Below are positions 30,361-39,818 of a stretch of 64,000 nucleotides of DNA, piece by piece; within the stretch, counting starts at the first letter, position 1, and every line of letters starts with the position of its first letter. The stretch spans positions 1,376,001 to 1,440,000 of the forward strand of contig OZ219790.1 of assembly GCA_964291215.2 (NCBI GenBank). The letters run 5' to 3'. The stretch is from Alphaproteobacteria bacterium. GTDB lineage: Bacteria; Pseudomonadota; Alphaproteobacteria; MPNO01; UBA830. The notes below the pieces were generated by a model. That model searched no databases, had not been told where the DNA came from, and saw only the letters and a list, made by a program, of their open reading frames with translations. A program made the translations under genes and the position numbers.

Positions 30361-33300
30361 TACGCCCGGGCCTCCGCCGCAACATACGCCGCGCCGCTCG
30401 CGAACCGGCTGAGCCGTCCGGTCAGTTTCTCCGCAGCGTCGCCGGCCATCGGCAGCCCGCTCTCGAAGGTCAACTCGAACCCGGCCTCAAGGTTGGCAGA
30501 GCTGGCGTCGCGAAGCTGCGGCTCCAGGAACTCCCGGACCGGCTGCGCATCAGCCACCGGCCCCCGGAACTCCAGCTCGAAACTGCCGCCGCCGCGGGTC
30601 TCGTACCCTCCGGTCAGGGTGACGATCCGTTCCGCCCCGGAAATCGCGCCCACCGCATTGAAAAGCGGAAAGGCGTCGTCGGCATCGAACAGGCGGATGG
30701 TCAGCGCCGCGACGACCTCCACCTTCTTCGCGCGCGCCTGCTCCCAGAGTTGCTGGAGCGCTTCGCGAAGAATGCCTTCCGCAGCCAGGGAGACGACAGA
30801 CGGGCCGGGAGGCTCCCCGCCCTCGCACCGTCCTCCGTTTTCCGCCCCTTCCGTTTCCTCGCCGCCAGCGCTGCCCGCGGCGGGATCGGGCGGCCTCTCC
30901 CGCGGCCAGATCTCCTTATTCCGTGCATAGGCCATCGTGAAGACCGTCGCCTGCTCGTCGATCCCGATCGCGGCCGGCGGATCGCCCGGCCCGCACAGCA
31001 GGTCTCCGCGCCGATACACATACTCGCCCTGCTCGATGCCCCGCCGCACGCCGCGCACGAAGATGTCGTCGCCCGCCAGGATCGGCAGGGCCGGGTCGCG
31101 GCGGAACTCGTCGCGCAACGACCGCGTCGACATCTGCCCCTTCCCGAGCGGCGTCCGGTCGCGCACATAGGCGGGCGAGTCCGGCTCGTCCTCGGGCAGG
31201 CGCAGCTTGTTCAGGTCACGCAGCGCCCGCACGACCTGCTGCTGCCCCGCGCCCGGCCGGTCCGAGGTCGAGTGCATGTCGATCGCCGTATGCGCCAGAT
31301 CGATGTCGCCCCCGCCGACACGGTGGCGCGAGGGGTAGAACACATGCCGGTAGCACTGCTGGACGGCAAGCGCCAGGTCATGCTCCGAACGCACCTCCAT
31401 CTCGCGCAACTGGGCCTGCTGGTGCTCCGCCAGATCGACCAGACGTTCCGGCTTCTTCATGTCCCGCAGCGCCAGCCGGCGGCGGGTCCAGCGGCGCATG
31501 TCCTCCCCGCGCTCCCCGTCGGCCGCCACGAAGACCAGATTGTTGCGGAGCAGGCGCAGGGCGGCGCCTTCCGATCCCTTCCTCTCAAAGATGCGCCCGA
31601 TCAAAGCCGGCACAGCCTCGACCGAGGCGCCGACGGTCACGGCCTCATAGCCGAGAACCACCAGTTTCGGGCGACCGTCCCCAACCTCGTCGGCCACGTC
31701 GAACGGGCCGCCCGGAAACGGTACCGCCTCCAGCGTCCCGCCGTTGAAGATCGTGCGGATCCGGTCGTTCAGCTCCGCCCGCACGTCCCCGGCGTCGATA
31801 TGGTCTTCCGTGCGCCGGATCATCTGGTTCAGATTGGCCTCCGCCAGAAAGCGCATCGGCGCGCCGGGACGGTCGTCGAGATAGGCGGACTCGGCAATGA
31901 ACCTCTTGCGCGCCTCCTCGACGAAGCCGATGTCCATCGACGCACCCAGCACCGAATAGCGCAGCCGCTCCGGCGATACCCCCTTCAGCGGGTCGTTGAA
32001 CGCCAGCGTGTGCATGAAGATGGCGCGGGCGACACGGGAGGCGTAGGGCGGCAGTCCCCCGTGATGCGCGGCGTCTATCTCCTCGGCCAGCGCCGCCTTG
32101 CCGCCCGGCCCCCCGGACACGTCGTTGGAAATGGCCGGCGCGAACGCCGACTGCCCGAGACGGGTCACGATCTCCTGCCGGACGGGTTCGTGGCCCGGGT
32201 CGATATGGTGCAGGTGGATGGCCGTCGCGTCGGCCGGCCGCTCCGCCCACAGATGGGCCACCGTGCGCGCAAGAAGCCGCAACATGCCCCGCACACGCTG
32301 GAAATTGCCGAGCGTCGCCGTCTTCGCCGTCAGCGTGTCCAGAACCTCCGGGTGAAGGGGATAGCTCGAAAGGAACGCCGCGGCCGCTTCCGGGCGGTTG
32401 GCAGCCTCCGGCAAAGCGTCCGCGTGGGCGCTCCACTGCGCCCGGTAGGCGTCCGCGGCAGCAGCGGCCGCCGCCTCGTCTATCGACTCGAACAGACGGC
32501 GGCGGAGCACCCGGGCCGTCTCGTCCTCTTCGGTGGGGTTGAGCAGTGTCGCCTTGCGCGCCGACACGCTCTCCGCCTCCGCCATGCCGTCGGCGATGAA
32601 CCGATTCTCGTCGCGGTAAGCGTCGGTCGCCCGTCCGTCCTTGCCGATCGCCAGCGTATGGACGAGAGCGGCGTTCGGCGCGCCTTCCACGGCCTTGAAC
32701 AGCGAGGTCAGGAACGCCGTCAACTGGGCGTGGCCGAGAGCCGCCGCCTTGCGCAGATAGACCGACAGCTCGTCGAGCAGGATCAGCGCCGGTTCGCCGC
32801 CGAACAGCTCACGCAGCGTTTCGGCCCCGGGCGCGATCCGGCGCTCGTCGCTCGTGCGCACCCGCTCATATCCGTCCCGGCCCGCCAAGGCCGTGGCGAT
32901 CTCGCCCCACGGCGTAAAGGCGAGATGCCCGCCTTCCATCCGGCGTCCGTTGGCCGGATCCGCGTTTTCCCCGTCAAAGGCGGCAATGCGCACACGGCCC
33001 CGCGGCAGAAGCGCAGGATCGACGAACTCGGAAATCCCCGGCAAATCGACGCCGCCGCCCGCAGCGTGGCACAGCGCGATCAGGCCGTGCGACTTGCCCC
33101 CGCCATAGGAGGTGTCAAGACGGAAGATCGACGCCGCTTCGCCGCCCGCGCCGCTCAGCCGGGCGCAGACATTGGCCAGAAGGCTCTTCAAACCTCTCGT
33201 CGGGTAGGTATTGGCGAAGAACCGGGCCGGATCGACATAGTCGGCCGCGCCCTCGCCAACCACCACCTGAGACAGGTCCGCCGCGAAATCGGCCTCCGTC

Positions 33301-33362
33301 ACGGCGCCCGCCAGGACATCTGCGCGCGGGCGGCAGGACTCGAAAATCGTCGGTATCGTCAT
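30360..33362 (-). CDS. DUF499-family (BrxC/PglY-related) AAA+ ATPase
   Basis: IFESCRPRADVL...FAADL...FFANTYPT, LDTSYGGGKSH (Walker A), LILLDEL (Walker B), SYPLHPE, FQRVRGMLRLLA. Confidence 0.92.
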   Translation of the reverse strand: MTIPTIFESCRPRADVLAGAVTEADFAADLSQVVVGEGAADYVDPARFFANTYPTRGLKSLLANVCARLSGAGGEAASIFRLDTSYGGGKSHGLIALCHAAGGGVDLPGISEFVDPALLPRGRVRIAAFDGENADPANGRRMEGGHLAFTPWGEIATALAGRDGYERVRTSDERRIAPGAETLRELFGGEPALILLDELSVYLRKAAALGHAQLTAFLTSLFKAVEGAPNAALVHTLAIGKDGRATDAYRDENRFIADGMAEAESVSARKATLLNPTEEDETARVLRRRLFESIDEAAAAAAADAYRAQWSAHADALPEAANRPEAAAAFLSSYPLHPEVLDTLTAKTATLGNFQRVRGMLRLLARTVAHLWAERPADATAIHLHHIDPGHEPVRQEIVTRLGQSAFAPAISNDVSGGPGGKAALAEEIDAAHHGGLPPYASRVARAIFMHTLAFNDPLKGVSPERLRYSVLGASMDIGFVEEARKRFIAESAYLDDRPGAPMRFLAEANLNQMIRRTEDHIDAGDVRAELNDRIRTIFNGGTLEAVPFPGGPFDVADEVGDGRPKLVVLGYEAVTVGASVEAVPALIGRIFERKGSEGAALRLLRNNLVFVAADGERGEDMRRWTRRRLALRDMKKPERLVDLAEHQQAQLREMEVRSEHDLALAVQQCYRHVFYPSRHRVGGGDIDLAHTAIDMHSTSDRPGAGQQQVVRALRDLNKLRLPEDEPDSPAYVRDRTPLGKGQMSTRSLRDEFRRDPALPILAGDDIFVRGVRRGIEQGEYVYRRGDLLCGPGDPPAAIGIDEQATVFTMAYARNKEIWPRERPPDPAAGSAGGEETEGAENGGRCEGGEPPGPSVVSLAAEGILREALQQLWEQARAKKVEVVAALTIRLFDADDAFPLFNAVGAISGAERIVTLTGGYETRGGGSFELEFRGPVADAQPVREFLEPQLRDASSANLEAGFELTFESGLPMAGDAAEKLTGRLSRFASGAAYVAAEARA

Positions 33363-34472
33363 CGCGCGCCCTCGGCCCTCCTGCTTCTGTCAACCGGGCC
33401 CGCTGCGCCGATCCCGGATCTCCGGAACCGCCGGCCCAGCATGTCTCCATCGGCGACAGGCCGCGGCTTCGCGCCGTCACGACACAGACGGCAGCCATCG
33501 TCGCTCCCGCCTCGTATCCGCCAGTCAACGCTTGCGCGAAACATACGCCAAAACAGGCAAGGCGGTCCAGTAGACGGCGGGCATGCGCCGCCCGTCCAAA
33601 AGGCATCCGGCGCTGCCCGAAGGCGGCCAGCGCCGGATGCCGCCCGGCCCACGAAGTCCTTGTCGTGCGCATCGCGAAACTCGCGCACCAGAGCGCGGTT
33701 GCGCTCCGGGATGGTGAACCGGCGCTCCAGGGCCTGCGGGTCCACCGTGATCGTGTCTGAACCGGCGAACAGCGCTTCGAATTCAGCCGGCGCAGCCTCG
33801 TCCATCGCGCTCCAGTCGCGCTGCCGCGGCGCACGGGGAACCCGTCTTCGGCGGCGGTCTTCACCGTCATCGCCCTGTAGATGCGGTAGGGCACGAGATG
33901 ACCTTTCTCGATCGCTCGGCGCAGGTCGTATCCGTATAGCCGTCGCAGGGGCTGTCACTCGTCGGCGCCGGAGCACCGCCTCCCGCCACCCAGAGGCAAG
34001 GTCTGGCCGTGAGCGGGGCGGCGGTCGGCGCTCCGGAGGGAGGGGGCGCTGCCGCCGTTCCCATTCACCTGTCGAAGGAGCACGGCACGATGCAGGCAGC
34101 AATCGCACGGCGACGCGCGCACCTATCTCATTCATTTCGTCGGAGGCGGTCTCGAGGACAAGCGCTATGTCGTCGAGCGCTACGTCTCGAAGGCCAACGG
34201 CGAGATCGTTCCCGTCCAGCGGCACGGCACACAAGGGCCGTCGCAAGGCCCGGGGCACGATCGTCACCGCGAAGGCGTTTGAGGAGATATGTCCGGCCCG
34301 AGACGAGATCATCATCGCGACGGGGGTCAGACTGCGGCATTGCGGGGTGCAGCTGTGAGTCTGGCGCAGCCTCGGGATCTTCGCCGACCGCCGCCAGCGC
34401 GGCTGATCGTCCCGGATGTCCTGCCGGCCCGCCTCCGCCGGCCGTATTTCACCCCCCGACCTGGAGCAGCCG

Positions 34473-35464
34473 ATGAGTTACCGCGACCCCGCCGTCGGCC
34501 GCGAGCGCGAACGAGTGGCCCGGCGCACTGCCGAACATCGCGACGCCGGCCTGTGCCCGAAGTGCGGAAAGCACCAGCCGGAGCCTGATCGAAGCATTTG
34601 CGAGCCGTGCGCCGAGCGTGCCCGTGCCGCCGGCCGCGCCCGCGACGCCCGGCTGCGGGCCGAAGGCAAACCGCGCAGGGCCCCGGAGCGCGCGAAGTCC
34701 TGCCAGCGCGGCGGTCCCGCCGGCAAGCCGCCGCGCGGCGGGGGGCTGCACGAAGTGCGGCGCCAATCCTCCGCAGGACGGGCGGCGCCGGCTGCGCCGG
34801 GAAGCGCCGCGCCGCCGACCGTCGGCGCTACGCCGAGGCCAGCGCTCGGGGCGAACTCTACGGGGGCAAGGACCCGGAGGCCAAGCGCCGGAGCGCCCGT
34901 CTCGCCAGCGCGAAACGCCGGCAGGCCCGGCTCGATGCCGGCGTGTGCACCCGATGTGGCCGCCAACCTTCCATCGAGGGAGGCACGACCTGCGGGTCAT
35001 GCCTCGAAGCCCGCCGCGTCGCGGACCGCGAGCGGTACGGCGTCCACCGGGCGGCGGGCCTCTGCGTCTCCTGCGGCCGCCCGGCCATCGACGGCCAGTC
35101 CCGGTGCGGCGTCTGCGCTGCCGTCGAGGCCGAGCGCCGCGACAAGGACGGAAAGAATGAACGCGAGCGCTACGCCCGGCGGCGCGCCCGCTCCGGGTGT
35201 ACCGATTGCGGCCGGCCGGCATTCGGCGCCTGCCGTTGTCCCGCGTGCGCCGCACGGTCTCACGAGCGGTCCGCGCACTTCAGGGGCATCCCTGCATGGG
35301 ACCCGCAGTTCATCGTCGTCGAGCTCGCCACAGGGGCGGAGCACGGCCCCTACGAGCCGGAGGCCGAAGCGGCGGCCAGCCTGGTGTTCGCGAAGCTCTC
35401 GCGCGACCAGGGCGAGATCGTGAGCGACGCGCCGGTCACCGCCACGGCGACCGGCCGGTCCTGA
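34473..35464 (+). pseudogene. Arg-rich protein with ~5 tandem CxxCG-x(7-10)-CxxC zinc-finger repeats (frameshifted)
   Basis: GGAG RBS; LCPKCG..CEPC, GCTKCG, VCTRCG..CGSC, LCVSCG..CGVC, GCTDCG..CPAC spread over three frames. Confidence 0.7.
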
Positions 35465-35820
35465 GCGGCCCCGTCCGGCGGGGGCGGTTTCGGGGAAGAG
35501 GACAGCGCATGCCGGGCAAGCGCCCGGCAGGGCCGGAGAGAGTGGGTCTCTCGCTTGCCGGGCTCGAACCCGAGAGGAGACCCGGCATGTTCGACCCTTG
35601 CACCGACTTCGATCCCATCGCCCCGTCCACCGGCGCCCTGCTCGCCGAGATCGGCGTGGACCCCCGACGGGTCCGCGAGACGCTGATCGACGACTACGCC
35701 CGCCGGTGCCCGGACCGCGAGGTCCCGGCGGACGGGAGTTGGAGGAAAGCAGGGGAAAGGTGTCGCGGTCCCCGTCGTTCGCATCCCATCTTCATCATCC
35801 GAAACCTGAAGGAGAATCCC

Positions 35821-36261
35821 ATGAGCTTCGGACTCAACCGCGCGGAAGTCATCGGCCGCCTCGGCGCCGACGTCACCGTGAACCACCTCGCATCGGGAGG
35901 CCGTGTCGCCAATCTGAGCATTGCGACCGACGAGAGCTACATCGACTGGAACGGCAGCGGCGAGCGCATCGACAAGACCGAGTGGCACCGGGTCGTGACC
36001 TTCCAGGACGGATTGATCGACATGCTGGTCAAGCACGCGAGGAAGGGCCGGCTGGTCTACCTCGCCGGCAAGATGCAGACCCGGCGCTGGCGCAAGGAGG
36101 GCGAGGACTCCGACCGCTTCTCCACCGATATCCTGCTGGCGCCTGGCTCGCGCATCCAGTTCCTCGATCGGCCGAACGACAACGGCGCGGCGGCGGAAGC
36201 GCCTGCCAACGGTTCGCCCGCGCCGGACAGCGACGCCGACCCGGACCAGATCCCGTTCTGA
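35821..36261 (+). CDS. ssb: Single-stranded DNA-binding protein (mobile-element type)
   Basis: MSFGLNRAEVIGRLGAD...SIATDE...KTEWHRVV...KGRLVY..GKMQTRRW; acidic tail DPDQIPF; AAGGAG RBS. Confidence 0.92.
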   Translation: MSFGLNRAEVIGRLGADVTVNHLASGGRVANLSIATDESYIDWNGSGERIDKTEWHRVVTFQDGLIDMLVKHARKGRLVYLAGKMQTRRWRKEGEDSDRFSTDILLAPGSRIQFLDRPNDNGAAAEAPANGSPAPDSDADPDQIPF

Positions 36262-36279
36262 TACCGCATTTCGCTCCCA

Positions 36280-36315
36280 AAGAGGGCCGGCGCCCCGCGC
36301 GTCGGCCCTTTCTTC
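36280..36315 (+). terminator. Probable intrinsic terminator after ssb
   Basis: AGGGCCGGCG-loop-CGTCGGCCCT hairpin followed by TTCTT. Confidence 0.5.
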
Positions 36316-36439
36316 ATGCAGGCAGGTTCGAGTCTCGCCGCGGCGCATACGGGAGTGGGAGCAAGGCTGGAAGCGGGTGAACCGCGCGAGGAGGAGAGGG
36401 AGGCCGCTCGCGCACCCATCACGCGACCCGGAGAACCCG

Positions 36440-36661
36440 ATGAGCACCATCTCCTTTCGCCGCATCACCACCGACGAAACCCGCCTCTACCGGGACGGCG
36501 ACCATGTCGGCGACGTCCACGCCTTCGACGACAACATCCGGCCGGAGCGCAGGGTGTTCGTCATACATCTCGACGAGGACCCGCGCGGGCCGGTGTATCT
36601 CCACGACCGCATCCGCGAGGTCGCCGGGGGCCTGGTCCTCTCCCATCCCCTGTGGGGTTGA
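36440..36661 (+). CDS. Small hypothetical protein (73 aa)
   Basis: GGAG RBS, MSTISFRRITTDETRLYRDGDHVGDV..., GC3-rich codons, hairpin downstream. Confidence 0.6.
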   Translation: MSTISFRRITTDETRLYRDGDHVGDVHAFDDNIRPERRVFVIHLDEDPRGPVYLHDRIREVAGGLVLSHPLWG

Positions 36662-37040
36662 CGCAAGGGCGGGCAGCGGCGCCTCCGGCGCCGTGCCGGC
36701 CGAACCGCCGATGGGGTCCGTGCTGTTGGAGAGAATTGGCCGAGTGCTGCGCTGTCCCATTGTGCCACACGGGCTCCCTCCGCCAACCCCGCCGGAGGCG
36801 GGGTCCTCCACTCCGCTGGCGCTCCGTTCCGGCCGGGACTCGGAATGAAACGGCGCTGGCGCCTGGCACCATGCGCGACCGTGGCTCCGCGCTCGCTCAC
36901 GCTCGCTTGTGCGCCCGCACCACTCGCGCATCCCGCCAGGCAATTCACTCCGGCCCCGGTGGCTGTGGTCCGCGCGCGTGACTCAACAGGACATCACAGC
37001 GGGGATCGGCCCCGAACGTGAAAACCGAAAGGAAAACGAC

Positions 37041-37945
37041 ATGACCTTCAATACCGACACCATCAAGACCGCAGCACAGTCCGCAACCGCGATCGTCTGC
37101 GACAACGCCGCCCTCTACGGCGCAACCCCCGAGCGCGACGAGTTCGACAACCGCGACGTCTGGGACGAGGACGATGCCATCACCGCCGTCGCCGAAGCCT
37201 TCCGCATCCTCAGCCAGGGCGTCGCGCCCGACGGCACCCAGATGGCCGACGAACGCGAACACCTCCTCTGGGGCTTCGTCAACATGCTCCACGCACAGCG
37301 CCTCGACCGCAGCGTCGACAAGCTCACCCCCGAACTCCAGGACCTCCAGCGCACCCAGGACGGCTCCGAGATCAGGTCCCTCGAACTGGACCTCACGACC
37401 GACCGCGCCCAGTGCCTCACCGCACGCCGCGACGCCTTCAAGACCTTGCGCAACGAAGCCGCCGAAGCCTACCGAGCAGACACCGGCGACACCTGGCGGC
37501 CCCGGCGCGGCAGCCACGCCAGCCAGACCGGACATCTGACCTCCGCCGCCATCGACGCCCGCGACTTCGTCCGCGCCCGCAAGGACCGCAAGACACAGGC
37601 ACACCTGCCCCAGGTAACCCTCGTCGCCATCGCCGGCGGCAAGAACGTCACCGACCCCGCCGCCGTGATCGCCAGGCTCGACCAGGCCCGCGCCAAGTAT
37701 GCGGACCTCGTCCACGGCGGCGGCCCCGGTGTCGAGAAGATCGCCGCCAGCTAGGCAGAGCGCAACGGCGTCCACCAGATCGTCTGCAAGCCCGACTGGG
37801 ACCGCCACGGTCGCGCCGCTCCGTTCCGCCGCAACGATGAACTGCTCAACCTCCTGCCCAGGGGCGTCATCGCCTTCCCCGGCTCCGGCATCACCGAGAA
37901 CCTCGTCGACAAGGCACGCACTCTCGGCATCCCGGTCATGCGCTG
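37041..37945 (+). pseudogene. DUF2493 / SLOG (YspA-like) protein with premature stop
   Basis: LLWGFVN..HAQ, WRPRRGS, LTSAAIDARDF, VHGGGPGVEKIAAS-TAG(37752)-AERNGVHQIVCKPDW.RHGRAAPFRRND...VIAFPGSGITENLVDKAR.LGIPV; end approximate. Confidence 0.8.
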
Positions 37946-38584
37946 CGGCGGCGGCGCGGTCCGTCTCCATAGGCGCATACCCGTCGCGCTGCAGTGCCGC
38001 CGGCACTGCTGACCCGCCCACTGCCGGCGCTGCTGCCGGACCAGCACGGCACGGTGCTTCGCATCGCTGCCCGCAGTCGTGCAGGCGCCGCCGTCGGCGC
38101 CTCTGATCGCAACGGCTATCGCAACCGTCACCGCACCCGCGCGGCTGACGCCGCGGTAACGGGTGCGCCATCACCGTCTGCGTCTGCGGTAATGTGTGAG
38201 CAGCACGCGATCACCCTGAACCGCCCCGCTTTCGTCGAGCACGCTTATATCGCGGTAACATGTGCGCGGCGTCCTTCGGCTCCGCGGAACATGTGCGGCG
38301 GCGCCCGTGCTGCCGAGGTAACGCCTCCGGCTTCGATGCGCCATGTGTGAAGACTGCCGCCCACTGTTTGCACTCCGCGCCGCGTTCTGTTACCTTTGTG
38401 TCCAGACGACAACGCGGAACGCGCTCGAAGATCGCAGGCTGGTCGTCTCGCTCAATCGTCGCGACGGCTCCATTGCCTTGTGACGCCGGCGTTTCAGGCG
38501 ATGGTGGTGTGCAGGGCAACTTCGCCCGATCTCGACTCCGTTCGGGGTTTTACCGTCACACTCCACGCAATCCAAGTGAAGACG

Positions 38585-38909
38585 ACTTGACGGCGTTCGT
38601 CTACCGCTCTCTTCGAGAGGCAGGGTGCCGGAATGCTCCCGGTCCCGGGTGTCCGTCGGGGGCGGTCCGCCCCCGGCGTCGCCACCGCATGCGCGTTCAT
38701 CGCGTAGTAGCCAAGAACTTCCGTCGGCCCTTCAGCCACCGCGACGAATATCTGCGTGACGTCGTCTTTCTGCTGCTTCCTCGCACTGAGCCCCGGAAAG
38801 TTGTCGAGGCGCTCGGTTACGCAGGAAAGCCCAACCGGTCGTGCCGGCCGGGATCGAACGACTCGATGACGATTCGGGGGACTTTTGAGCCTTCGCGGTC
38901 ACCGGGCAT
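38585..38909 (-). pseudogene. GNAT acetyltransferase toxin (TacT/AtaT-like), frameshifted and truncated
   Basis: IESFDPGRHDR..F / ERLDNF / SARKQQKDDVTQIFVAVAEGPTEVLGYYAMNA...GSIPA....RAVDERRQ. Confidence 0.7.
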
Positions 38910-39205
38910 TGGCGATCCGGGACCGGTAAGTCGCTAACCGCGTCCCGCGCCGCCCGTGACGGCGGATTTTCCAACGTCTCCGGCAGCGCCCGCCTGTCGC
39001 GCCCGGAGAGCGTCGTGGTCTGATGCTCGCGCAGAATGCGTTTAGATTCCCTGGCCGCCGATGCCTGGACGAACGTCGTGAGGTTGACGCCGGTCAACTC
39101 GGCCGCCCGCGCAATGCGGTTCCTGTCGCTCGGCCTGACCCGCATCCCGATATTGTCGGTCGCCCTCTCCTCCGGGGACGCCGTGACATCGCTGAAGTTC
39201 AACAC
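38900..39205 (-). pseudogene. DUF1778 (TacA/AtaR-like) RHH antitoxin, 3' end eroded
   Basis: IGMRVRPSDRNRIARAAELTGVNLTTFVQASAARESKRILREHQTTTLSGRD....ETLENPP; directly upstream of the GNAT remnant. Confidence 0.75.
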
Positions 39206-39572
39206 GATCGCACCTCTTCTCGTTGTCCCGACAACGCGGGTGCAGTCCCGGCGGCCGTCAATCCGCAAAATCCGATAATCTGATGACACTTGCCGCTTTG
39301 CCTTGTAACCGTTCACCCCTCCGCCGGTATGGTTCCGGCCTCGCAGCCTGCCGATCATGGCTTCGGGCGAGGAAACTCGAAACCCACTCCAGAATGTTGA
39401 TGTCTCGGGGACCGATCAATTGAACCAATCCGCTCCACGTTTCATCCGGCGGGGCGAGTGCCTCAAGGGCACTGATCGCGGTTTTGGCGTCCACCACCGG
39501 CTGACGCATCCTACGGAACGCCGGCGGCCGATGTGCCGGACCCGAGCATTCCGTGCTGGCGAACGAAGCCCG

Positions 39573-39818
39573 TCAGGGGCGAAAACTGATCAGGCCGCTC
39601 TCGATCAGGTACCAGGCGAGGCCCCAGAGTGCGGCTGCGATCACCGTCGTGGCCGCAACCTTGGCTCTCAGCCGCGGCCGCATCGGTGCGCTCTCGACAT
39701 TGCCGGCCTCCGTCGCCTCGCCGGCCTCGTGATAGGACCTGGCCCCTATCGGCAGCGTCATGAAGAACACGAGCCACCACAGCACCGTGTAGACCAGAGC
39801 CCCGGAAAACCAGGTCAT
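39573..39818 (-). CDS. DUF1467-family membrane protein
   Basis: [25 protein letters not shown]...GNVESAP..PRL..KV..TT; conserved position after rnj. Confidence 0.85.
   Translation of the reverse strand: MTWFSGALVYTVLWWLVFFMTLPIGARSYHEAGEATEAGNVESAPMRPRLRAKVAATTVIAAALWGLAWYLIESGLISFRP

Noticed and set aside
30750-34358. 1202-aa plus-strand ORF
   Set aside because: Antisense shadow of the GC-rich DUF499 gene; no motifs
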